64,000 nt of DNA from Basidiobolus meristosporus CBS 931.73. Taxonomy: Eukaryota > Fungi > Basidiobolomycota. This document shows positions 53,511 through 64,000 of this stretch, one piece after another (within the stretch, counting starts at the first letter, position 1; each line of letters begins with the position of its first letter). The notes under the pieces were generated by a model that did not search any database, was not told where the DNA came from, and was given only the letters and a program-made list of their open reading frames with translations. The stretch lies in the NCBI GenBank assembly GCA_002104905.1, contig MCFE01000187.1, forward strand, positions 73,614 through 137,613. The letters run 5' to 3'. The position numbers and the translations under genes are program-made.

Positions 53511-53827
53511 AGCAACGGATTTGGATACTTATACAGCAGTATATTGGCATCAACCTGGTCTTATATGAAATATATATGAAAACTAAAGTGATTGTTGAAT
53601 TTTCCATATATTATGCATGATGCATCTCGGATTGCGTTGACACGGATCAGATCACATCAATCGCAGATTTCCTATTTGATTATAGACCTATGATTAAAGC
53701 ATCAATAAAAGTACCAAGGCATTGTTTGCAGATGATTTTTGCAACATAATGATGGGATACATGGCAATTGATGGAGATTTAACCATAATGTGTTAAAAAT
53801 CAGATAAATAACGCAGATTGCGCCGAA

Positions 53828-54754
53828 TTGATTCAAACCGCCTCCATACAATCATCCATCAATTTTAATATGACTTACTCATCTGAATGGTCTTTTCTCA
53901 TCAATCCCATCACTACCACTGGATTTCCTTTTGACACACTGGAGGAGATCTATTCCAAGTACTGTGGACCATCAACCCCAATCTACTCAAGGAGATCCCT
54001 TGTTAAGCTTCTCTGCTATTACAAGAACTATTGCCCTACAAGGTTTCATCCTACCATCCATGGCAACAAAAGTCCTAGAAGCTTTCATTCCCCGCTGACA
54101 GCAATGGAGAACCACCTTGCAGAGGGTATGAATGACTTAGAGCAAGCTTGGAATACTAGGTTCAGAAGCTCCAATAGACTTCCATATCCCAGAGTGTTCA
54201 GCAACAGGTTCCATATCAGGAGTATTTTGGATACCTTCCCAGTGAGGATTAACAGACCTTCTAGAGGGCAGAGGCACTTTTATTCTGGCAAGTACAAGGC
54301 ACACTGTGTGAAGTTTTAAGCACTGTCTGACATTGAGGGTAACATCATCTGGTTTAGTGGGCCATTTGCTGGAAGTAGGCATGACAAAGCACTCTGGGTA
54401 GAGAATCATCCTGAATTCAGTAGAGGGGAGAAATGTATGGCAGACTTGGCCTATATAGGAGAGGATTGTCAGAGATTAGGATGTATTACAGCTTATAGGA
54501 AGCCAAGGAATGGTGTGCTTAGCAGGAAGCAGAAGCTCTACAATGAGATATTTAATCATTTCAGAGTAAGGGTAGAGCACACATTTGGATATCTGAAGAG
54601 ATTCAGCATATTGGCAGGTAAATACAGAGGAAAGTCATATATAGGAGAAAACAGCAGAATAGGTAAAATAGTTAAGATACTTATCAATGCACAGTATGCT
54701 CATACAAGAAGACATCCACTGAGAGAAATGTGTCTGGAGCATTATGAAGAGTAA
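53828..54754 (+). pseudogene. DDE_Tnp_4 (IS5/ISL2/Harbinger-type) transposase; one internal TAA at 54317-19
   Basis: LDTFPVRINRP..YSGKYKAHCVKF*ALSD..GSRHD..MADLAY..RVRVEHTFGYLKRF; both halves are in frame. Confidence 0.9.
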
Positions 54755-55735
54755 ATAAAGCAAGGAAAGCACTATTCTGAGCAACATAAGTAAGATTGAG
54801 TAAAATTACCAGTAACTGTATCATACCACTGGCATCATGGTAGAAATTATAGTGCCAGATAGTGCCTTAGAGTGCCAGATTGATCCGGCACTATAAACCG
54901 GCTGGCACTATGTGGCACTATCCAACGGAACAAGTCTATTGTAGAAGATAAATGATCCACCACTGGATGCACCTTTGTTTACAGTAAAGAAGCAATTTCA
55001 TGGAATTCAAGAAAGCAAACAATTTTAGCACTTTCTACCGCAGAGGCAGAGAAAATGGCAGCCTGTAATGCCATAGGAAATGCAGTGTGGTTAGAAAGCT
55101 TTTCAAGACTTATGCTTACATCAAAATGCCCCTTCCACATTAAATGAAGCAAATCATGCATGTATACAAATTGGTAGAAATCCAACCTTTCATGCTGGCA
55201 CTATGCTAAACAATGTTGTATATCATCTTGCAAGTGGGGCTATAGAAATTAGCTTTGATAATATAGCCTCCTGCCATACAGATGTGATGTTTGCAGACAT
55301 ATTTACCAAGCTAGTGTGTAGAGGCAAATTTGAATATTCCCAATCACAATGAGGAACGGTCACTATGAGTATCTAGTTAAGTAGGAGTGTTGAATAGTTT
55401 TTCAATTCCCAAAAACTTTCACCCAATCCAGTCACTGGGCTCATAACCTACAAATCTCAGAGAATAATGAGCAAATTCCTTGTTGGTGCCTAAACTACTT
55501 CAACCAAAGCATTAGGTACCCAGAACATGAAAATTCTTGAAGTTGTCCAATTAGCCCCAAACCTTGAGCACATACTCTTGGGATCTTTCTAAGCTCATTT
55601 TATGCTATTAATCTGTCATGACCATTCAAAAGTATCAAAACCACTTTTACATTCCATTAACTGTTAAGCAACAACCACATAATCTACTTGCTTTCCTATC
55701 ACTCACACTACCTCCCCTACTATTATGGCAGTATG

Positions 55736-56081
55736 TGTTGTAAAAGTTTGTAATTCCACATAGATATCAGCCTTGCTAAGTCACTTAGATCTTTACCTAC
55801 AAGTCTCAGGGAATACTGACCAAATTTCTTGTTGAGGTTTACTTGGAGTACTTTCTTCAAAATATCAGACACCAAGTGTATGAAATTCTTCAAGTTGTAC
55901 TAACTGCCCCAATCTTAGCACAGATGCTCTTGCGATCTTTTCAGTCTATTTTACACGCTCAATATGCCAAGATCATGTTTTAGTATAAATACTACTTTGC
56001 CCTCAATAGACCATTGAGTGAAGGCTATCTAATCTACTTGCTCTCCCAGTCCTTCCCAGCATCTCTAAGACTCTTGAAACA
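55736..56081 (+). repeat. Additional Copia-family LTR copy (~345 bp)
   Basis: TGTTG...GAAACA; homologous to the LTR at 55388 and to the 34600/35230 copies. Confidence 0.65.
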
Positions 56082-56599
56082 TGTTATGACCCCCAAGCTG
56101 TCACTCTCTGCAATGTCAACTACTGCTATTGCTGGAGTTTTTGTCACTGCCAAAGAGCAGGATGGATCTGGCTGTTAAGTGTGCAAGGTGAAGATGAAGA
56201 TGCAGATACACAAATGAGGCCTTTGGGATATTATCATGGGACAAGCATGCCCTTCTAAATATGTGGGAGGGGAAGCCTAAAAGTACCTGAAGAAAGAGCA
56301 AAGTGCATTTTGTGGGTTATTACTGACTGTACTTGGTGAGTGGGAGAGCTTGTAGGTCAAGTCAGTACCACTTTATTCAGAATAGCTTTCAATAGAAGTT
56401 AGCAATGTAATAAAGACTTGTGTTTATTCTGTCCAAATCTTCCTGTGCCTTCTCACTTGGTTCAATTGGATAGATATATGTATACATCACTTGGGGGGCT
56501 TAGTTAAGAGACAATGTGTTATAAAACAGGGGTGTGAATACCTTCCTGTTATGGTAAGTGTTCTAACTAGATAAGGGCAGGGATAGGAGGGAGGATGCA

Positions 56600-59500
56600 T
56601 GGGGGAATCATAGGGAGGATGCTGGGGGACTTCAGGTGGGACTATGGGGAGAACTCTTGGACAAAGAGTGGGTACTACATTTAGTACTCACATATCCCAG
56701 GGGTTAAGAGGGAGCTTTGTACTCAGAGTTCTTTGACTAACTTGCTTCTCCAGGGTCAATTTTGTTTACGGAGCATGGGGAATTACCATAGTACCAATGC
56801 TGATTGTCACTTGCAAGGGGGTTGTGGGCAAGTACCTGATGGCATTTGGCGGCAGAGTGTGGTGCAGCTTGTATTGCTTGTGGGATGTTTTCCACATAGC
56901 CAAACAATTAGCAAACCATAGGGCTCTGGGTAAGTTCCTTGGGAGGGTTGGAGGGCAAGAAGAGATGCAACAGCGCAATAAAGTCTTACTTCTTTATCTT
57001 GCAAACATTGCTGGGTCTTGTCCATTTTGTGTTCAATATGACAGCAGGGGACCTTTTGAAGGGTGTGTACACTTAGTTGGCAGTCACCTGTTGTTGATAA
57101 CAAGTTTTTGCTTCTTCTGAGATGTATTGTAGTTCTTCCGTAGAAACTGTGGCGCAATTGAGGCTCTTTTGCACTTGCCTCATCGCTTCTACAGAGTCTG
57201 TGGCGGTTTCTTTGGCTTCTTGGAGTTGGACTTTGTACTGGTTCATATATTGCTCTATGGTTGTAACACAGCAACTTGGTGGATTGCATGGGTTAACTGG
57301 CTGGTGTATTTAGTCTGTTAGTGTATCTTCTCTAGGATGGTTCCTTTGTGGAAATGCAGCTCAAGATGTTTGGAAATTTCTCAGAGGAGTCCTTTGATCA
57401 AGAGTTCTAGTTCTGGTGCTCTTGCGGCTTGTACCAGGTATGCATATACCTCAACTACTGTGGTATATATTAATGGCAAGTAAGCAACAAAACAGGGGGG
57501 TTCTTGAGGCCTTGTGTGGGCACAATAGTTGATTCCTTGTGTCCTCTGTCTGACTGTGTCCAATATGGATACAGGAATCAGTGAGGTATCTCTCTCCATA
57601 ATGATCAAGGAACCTCCTCTCAGGTGATACATGGTCTTCTTGGGTAGTATCTCCATACTTTGTATTGGCATGGGTAACTTGTTTTGTCCCTCTCTGATTA
57701 TGTGTTGTATCAACGTGACTGCTTCAGCAAACAACTCTTCATAGGTGGTTCCTATTGTACGTAATGCTTGTACCATATCTCTCAACACTTCCAGGTTGTT
57801 CTTGTTTTGATATTGTCTTAGTTCCTGCTGGTGAGAGGGGTATCACCAGTTTTGGGTGACTTGTTTCCTTTGGCACTTTCCATATGCATTCTTTTGTTAG
57901 CCCTCTTGGGCAAAGTTCCTTGCACATATCAGTTGTACCTATATTGACTAATATCTCCTATAATAATCTTCTTATGTATCCCGTGTCTCCCTCTATCCTT
58001 TTCCTGATGATTGTTAAATTTCACTTTGGTTTCAGTGATGATTGGTGGATCATCATGGAATGGTTTCAGATGGGCTGGCGCTATATTGCTGGTTGTCTTA
58101 TTGTTCAGGGTGATGGTGTACATTGGCCTAGGGTCTGAACTAATAACAGTACAAGGGCCAATCTGTTGTGGTGTAAATTGTGGGCAAAACCTGAGGCCTG
58201 CAACAGTTTGGTTGTACCACACTTTACTGCCTGGTTTCCACTTTTGTCCCATTATTTTGTCACTTTTGAGTGGATGAGGAAGGTACTTGTCAACATTTTC
58301 AAATACTTTTATGTATAGGTGGGCAATACAGTGTATCAACCTTTCTACATAGCTGTTATGTGTTGTCAAGGGGACACCTTCCATTGTCAATTCAGCTTCT
58401 TCACACCACTTGGGCCTTTGTCCATACAGAACTTTGTATGGGGAGAAACCTGTTGTTTTATTTGGTATTGTATGCATTGCTAGGAGTGTCATTGGGAGCA
58501 GCTCAGCCCATGACTGGGAAAGTTCCCAGTGGAGCTTCTCTAGTATGTGGCAACACATATGGTTCATCCTCTTGGTTAATCTGTTGGTCTGGGGGTGATA
58601 TGTAGCCGTAAATACTTGTTTCATGCCCATCATTTTGCCCAAATGGACCACAGTGTTGTTCAGGAAGGAACCACCATTGGTGGACAGCAGTATATGAGGG
58701 TATCCATGCCGGCCAATGAGGTGTTCTAGAATGAATTGGGCGGATGTCTTCTGATCTTTATTTTGGACAGCTTGGGCTTCTACCCACTTTGAGAAATAGT
58801 TGGTATCAATCATTATGTATTGTACTCCTTTCTTTGTTTTCATGAAGGGTCCAACACAGCTGATCCCTACCCAGTGGAAGGGTAGGTCAAGCGGTGTGGT
58901 AGGGTATGCATACCTCCCACAGACAAGTTTACTCATATAGTCATTATGATATATTTATCCATATTTTATCTTATTAGTATTATCCCATTCTTCTTTTGCC
59001 CATATTATCAGTATTATCCCCATATGATGTTTACCCTGATTAGTTATTAGCATTAGTTATCCCAGATGTTTTTCAGCTGTGTTATCAGTATATGTATCTA
59101 CACAAGGCAAGTACCCGTGTCAGTACCTGTGACACATGACCTAAGTCTGTGTTACCATCCCTACCATTTCAATACCATATATGGTATTTCTATGTTTCAC
59201 AGGTTTCAGACTACTGACTCCTGATTGGTTGAATGTGCTGTGCCTTTTACAACCTTCCAGGACATTCTTGGCATATTTTTAGCTCATAGTGATGTCATCA
59301 AGAATTCCACCACAGCAGTATTGGTACAGTTATCCCTATCTTCTGACTCTGGTTAAATCTTTTGCTGGTGGAGCATCTTTGTAATGTATTCATGACATTG
59401 GTCATCATTTTTTTTCTAGTAAAACGTCTTTCTTAATATCTTATATGTCATTTGGGGGTTAGCATGTCCTAATGACATATGTCTTTCTTGTATGATTTCT

Positions 59501-59745
59501 TTATGGGCAGTTACTAGGGGTACCTCAACTCTGAACTGTCCTTGGAGGAACCATAATTGGCTTTCTTGTACTTTGAACTGACACCTTTTCCTTCAAAACT
59601 CTCTTCTGCTTGTTTGTAACTACATGTTTTGGGTACTTCCCTCTTCTTCAAAAGCAGATTACGTCCTTGTAGTCATTGCTGATGCATACTTGGCAAACAG
59701 GATAGCAACTGAGGATGTCTGTGTCCTAGTGTTTCTTGCCAGCAC
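56600..59745 (-). mobile_element. Decayed Ty3/Gypsy element, family D (RH-IN linker, integrase, long 3' coding-like region)
   Basis: PIPLDLPFHWVGISCVGP..FSKWVEA..YHPQTN integrase, rejoined across LTR C. Catalytic Asp residues are mutated. Left boundary approximate. Confidence 0.8.
58895..59314 (+). mobile_element. Solo LTR, family C, internally deleted (420 bp)
   Basis: TGTGGTAGGG...CCACCACA. TSD GCGG/GCAG. Confidence 0.88.
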
Positions 59746-60280
59746 TGTAGTGGGGTGACAGTGACACCCACTGACAGATGTGCTCATTCCCTTATTTTCT
59801 ACTTCCGTATATCTCTACTAAACTTATTTTAGTATTATCCCATTTGTCTTACCCAATCAGTACTATCCAATAAGCTGGTTGACTATCACACCTGCTTACC
59901 TTATTGCATAAGTTACCCCTCACTTTATGTAAGATTACTAGCTATAAGTGCTTCTATATTAGGCAAGTATCCGTGCCAGTACCTGTGACACATGATCAAC
60001 CTGTGTCACCATCCCTACCATTACCATACCATATATGGTATCCCCATGTTACACAGGTTTCAGAATACTGATTCCTGATTGGTTGGATGTGCTGTGCCTC
60101 TTAGAACCTTCCAGCACCTACTTAGAACATTCTTAGGTCATTCTGATGTCATGAAGATTTCTATTGATATCCGGAACCTTCTGGAACATCATGATTAGTA
60201 ATCACTTAGCCAGTAAGAAAAGTATATAAGGGAGGCTATCCCTCAATAATAAATCATCATCCCTTTTATCAATATACTGA
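59746..60280 (+). mobile_element. Family B LTR, 5' half, interrupted by a same-family element
   Basis: TGTAGTGGGG start; breaks at aatatactga; left flank GCAC. Confidence 0.88.
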
Positions 60281-61351
60281 TGTAGTGGGGTGACAGTGAC
60301 ACCCACTGACAGATGTGCTCATTCCCTTATTTTCTACTTCCCTATATCCCTACTACACTAATTTTAGTTTTATCCCATTTGTCTTACCCAATCATTACTA
60401 TCCCATAAGCCGGTTGACTATCACACCTGCTTACCTTATTGCATAAGTTACCCCTCACTTTATGTAAGATTACTAGTTACAAGTGCTTCTATATTAGGCA
60501 AGTACCCGCGCCAGTACCCGTGACACATGATCAACCCGTGTCACCATCCCTACCATTTCCATACCATATATGGTATCCCCATGTTACACAGGTTTCAGAA
60601 TACTGATTCCTGATTGGTTGGATGTGCTGTGCCTCTTAGAACCTTCCGGCACCTACTTAGAACATACTTAGGTCATTCTGATGTCATTAAGATTTCTATT
60701 GATATCCGGAACCTTCTGGAACACCATGATTAGTAATCACTTAGCCAGTAAGAAAAGTATATAAGGGAGGCTATCCCTCAACAATAAATCATCATCCCTT
60801 TTATCAATATACCGACTTGTTGATTAGTGTGATCACTGCTACCTGCTGCTACCTGAACTTCCAACCCTAGACCACAGGACACTCCCAGGAAACCGCGCTG
60901 ACAGCCAACTGACCTTGGAGGCACTACTTGTGAGGAATACTCAGAGTAGGTATCTTTTATTATATTTGATTCTTTCCCAAGTTTGTTCTTGTACAGGCAA
61001 AGATACTTTTCTGTCTTTGTAACTATTGACCACAGCTGCATTATTATCAAGTCCCTGCTGGTGGAGTTTACAGTTGTTTTGACTTTGGAAGCTTTAGTAC
61101 ATTGTCATCTCAAAGGACGCTGAACCCAGCACATACTTTTGTTAAGACGCCAACTAAGTTGGGGATTGTAGCTCAATAGTTTTCCCTTGACAAGCTTGTG
61201 GCTTTTTTCCCCTTCACATTAGATTAGAGACAGAACCCAAGTATTCCTAGCAAGCTTTTGCCAGAGGTTAGCGCACCCAGTGAACACCCCACACACAAAA
61301 CACTTGAGAAGTGTTGGACGTATCTCTCCCTTGGACTTATACACCACCACA
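60281..61351 (+). repeat. 5' LTR (1071 bp) of a family B Ty3/Gypsy element that runs past the window end
   Basis: TGTAGTGGGG...ACCACCACA, followed by a PBS and gag. Confidence 0.95.
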
Positions 61352-61355
61352 TATT

Positions 61356-61373
61356 TGGCACCCAACGTGGGGG
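61356..61373 (+). promoter_or_regulatory. Primer-binding site, tRNA-Lys(CUU) type
   Basis: TGGCACCCAACGTGGGGG vs canonical TGGCGCCCAACGTGGGGC (16/18; one mismatch is a CG>CA change). Confidence 0.88.
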
Positions 61374-61491
61374 GTTCATACAAGCTCCCTAGGACCCAAC
61401 AAAATTTACCTGAAGATTTGAGCTGTTATCCTCCTATTGAAAAGGGACTACCAATATTACCAAGATTACAACACCAACCTACCTGCCCAAA

Positions 61492-64000
61492 ATGAACACT
61501 ATGCCATTACCACTCTCACATGGAGCCCCACAGTTTGATGGAAAGAATGTGGAAAGCTTCATATTCAAATGGGAGAAGCTCTGCAAGATGTGCAGCCTAT
61601 CTGAACAAGAAATGGCTGAAGACTTCCCCTACTACTGCACCAATGATATTACCACTAAGCTTCTCAGACAAGGAGACATTCTCACTGACTGGGCCTTAAT
61701 GAAGACCTACCTACAGACCGAGTATGGTAGACCCCAGATATACTATGGAATTGAAGATCTCAGGCACTTTGGAAGAACTGGACTTTCCAAGCTACCACTT
61801 GAAGAGTTCATTCAACAGTATGAAGATATGGCCAAGCCACCCCTAGAGTCCCAGGCTATAACTGAGTTTACCACGACACTTTACCTTGCACAAGGGCTTC
61901 CCCAGGACTTGGCAAGGAAAGTTGACTTACATGCTGCCAAGGATGACAAGTCTGGCATTCCTTGCTTTGCAGAGATGAAACATGTTCTCCTAGAGGCAAA
62001 GCAAACTTCTACCTTTATGAGACTCCTGACATCTAATCTGCCAGACCAGTCAACCAAGGAGCCAAGGAGTGCTGCTGCTGACAATCAGACCTACACTACC
62101 GACAGAATTGACCAACTTGCTGAACAGTTACAAAAGCTAGCCCTCAAGATTAATGGCTCAGCTGAGGTTCCAACTGAGGGACAAAGACCTTTGCCCAGGC
62201 ACTGCATCTGGTGTGACTCTACTCAGCATGCCAGACGAGAATGCTCAGAGCTTAGTCAGCTACTCAGAGAAGGAGCAGTACAGTTTGATGCTGATGGAAT
62301 GATTGCTGACAAGGAAGGAAGAAGGATTCCCACTAATTTCCAAAGAGGAGGGATGAGAGCCCTTTTCCAGAAATCTGACTCAGCAACCAGAAAAATTACT
62401 GTGGATGCCCCTATTGGGACTCATAAAGTGAATCCAAGCAGCTCTGACAACAGACAATATGAAGTTGATGCCTTTGCTACCAGAAGACACCTCCCTGAAG
62501 AACCTGCCAAACCCATCCTTAGAAGACCACGATTTCAAGAACCTGAAGTTGTTATTGACAAGAGGCCTAGTATGCTGCCCACCCAAGATCCATTGCCTCA
62601 CTTTCAGATGACCTCAAAGATAACAAGCTACTCAAGCCCTCAACTGTTTACTGAGAAGCTGCTGAAGCAGAACCTCACTTTGTTGGTTGGAGAAATCATG
62701 AGTGTATCCCCATCTGTTAGGAAGACCTTTGATGAGCAGCTTAGAACAAGACAACAAGCTGTTGAACATATGGACACCCATATAATTCACACAAACCATG
62801 AAGACCACCAAAAAGATGACAACACTACTGAGTATAAGACCTTTTACTCAGTTACAACTGCTGTGGTGAAAGGATATATATATGATGACCCTGTTGGCTG
62901 CCATATGGACAGTGGCTCAGAGATTTGTGTTATGCCGCTAGACTTCTGGAAGACACTTAAAAGCAAGGAGCTACTGCCTGTTGATAGAGATATTGGATGG
63001 AACATGACTGATGCAAACTCAGGATCTAGTCCACTCTACGGCGTAGTGCACAAGTTCCCTATTGAGGTACAAGGAATCAAGGTCTGGCTTCCCCTCTTCA
63101 TCTGCCAGAAGGCAAACTTTGACCTTCTGCTAGGTAGACCATGGGAAACCAGTACTAAGGCTACAACTACCAACTATTCCAATGGGTCAGTATGGTACAC
63201 CATACAAGGATCCAATCCAGGACTACAGTCAACCTTCTGTGGTGTAACACCCAACAATAAGAGGACACATACTGCTTGCCAGAAGACACATCTTGTTATG
63301 GAAGAAGATGAAGAGCCTGACAATATACACCCCAACATTTGGAGCTGCTCATTAGGTATACAGGAGCAAACAGTTATGGTTTGAACAAAATACAAGACAG
63401 TAGAGCAGAAGATTAGACCATCACTTACCCCACTGACTGATGGATCTCGACCTGCTGATTACATTAGACCACCAGAAGAAACATCAGATGATATACAACT
63501 TACACCTGAGAGACTTAAGCAACTTATCATTGGTGATGGAAACCTAACACCAGAGGAGATACTATTATTCAAGGAGACCTTGAAAAGGCATGATAAGGTC
63601 TTCTCATATAATGACAAGGAGATGGGACTCTTAAAGACATTGGTTGAAAAACCTATCAAGATTCATACAGTGCCCCACACACCCTGGTCATTTAAGCCTT
63701 ACCCACTGCCCAGAGGACTCCAAGCTGATGTGCATGACCTACTCAAGAAGAAGATAGAAGCTGGTATCCTAGAACCTTGCCATGGACCCTATGCTAACAG
63801 ATGGTTTGTGACCAAAAAGAAGAATGGAAAGCTCCAATTCATTCAAGACATGCAACCTGCAAATGCTGTCACTATCAGAGATGCTGCTATACCTCCATCT
63901 ATTGATGACTTTGCAGAAAGCTTTAGTGGCCACTCCATCTACTCAACATATGATCTCTACTCAGGATATGACCAGATTCCCCTTGATGAGACATCAAGAG
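61492..64000 (+). CDS. Family B Gag-protease-RT polyprotein (3'-truncated by the window); one in-frame TGA at 63382-84
   Basis: Gag APQFDGKNVESF; CIWCDSTQHARREC (DUF4100-like region); protease CHMDSGSEI; after the TGA, RT YANRWFVTKKKNG..DLYSGYDQIPL in the same frame. Confidence 0.9.

Larger units (their letters stand above)
51481..54937. mobile_element. PIF/Harbinger-like (PHIS) DNA transposon, 3457 bp, two divergent ORFs
   Basis: TIR AGACTTGTTCC at both ends. TSD ATT/ATT. Subterminal AGTGCC/GGCACT repeats. Confidence 0.92.
51265..55735 (+). mobile_element. Copia remnant (RT C-terminus, RNase H, PPT, 3' LTR from 55388), split by the Harbinger-like element
   Basis: LVGHSDADWGH|IVEDK*STTG..ISWNSRKQTILALSTAEAE reads across the insertion. 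aagtaggag precedes TGTTGAA at 55388. Confidence 0.85.

Noticed and set aside
56082-56560. 3' LTR of Gypsy D
   Set aside because: A TGTTATG start and AATAAA motifs are present, but I could not pin the second terminus, PPT or orientation.
56700-57930. Calling the post-integrase region env
   Set aside because: No signal peptide, furin site or transmembrane anchor is discernible.
57739-58000. Chromodomain after the family D integrase (and after family A)
   Set aside because: No Y/F-x-V-K-W-x-G or W-E-P pattern in any frame I read; the family A ORF stops right after the GPF region.
3000-60000. Classical RIP as the main mutational process
   Set aside because: Copy-to-copy differences are dominated by CpG loss, and young repeats with identical LTRs survive. 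One CAA>TAA is insufficient evidence. Not formally tested.
3400-60000. Dozens of 60-130 aa ORFs in the track as independent genes
   Set aside because: They are antisense or off-frame shadows and fragments of the TE genes and LTRs; CpG loss and repetition make the same pseudo-ORFs recur.
63382-63384. Programmed readthrough at the in-frame TGA of the family B polyprotein
   Set aside because: It lies after the protease rather than at the gag/pol border, lacks a recognised readthrough context, and is most simply CGA>TGA decay in this CpG-eroding block. A check of sister copies would settle it.
1-64000. tRNA or rRNA genes
   Set aside because: Only PBS-length tRNA complements were seen; no cloverleaf or rRNA-like sequence was recognised.

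Overview
Eukaryotic, almost certainly fungal, DNA. An early-diverging lineage is plausible from the intronless, bacterial-style NRPS, but that is inference only. Bases 1-2773 hold the 3' end of an NRPS gene (A-domain C-terminus, T, E, TE). From about 3 kb to the end the window is a CpG-depleted block of nested transposons: (i) about nine copies or fragments of a CACTA/EnSpm-like DNA transposon with CCCTA(T)G termini, a 3-bp TSD, a Tnp2-type transposase and a divergently oriented second gene; (ii) an intact Ty3/Gypsy element with identical LTRs (20406-25343, tRNA-iMet-type PBS) plus two decayed relatives; (iii) two related LTR families, B (~1.07 kb) and C (~0.8 kb), mostly solo LTRs, with one B LTR attached to a gag-pro-RT region and a tRNA-Lys PBS; (iv) a PIF/Harbinger-like element, an old copy of it and three MITE derivatives, all with AWT TSDs; (v) Copia remnants, a further decayed Gypsy, a solo LTR of another family, a probable LINE endonuclease remnant and LRR-like repeats. 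The most striking observation is that every B/C LTR insertion sits in a 4-bp target whose centre is CG or a CG-decay product (CA/TG), suggesting a CpG-targeting LTR retrotransposon lineage. All alignments and counts were done by eye; boundaries marked ~ are approximate.
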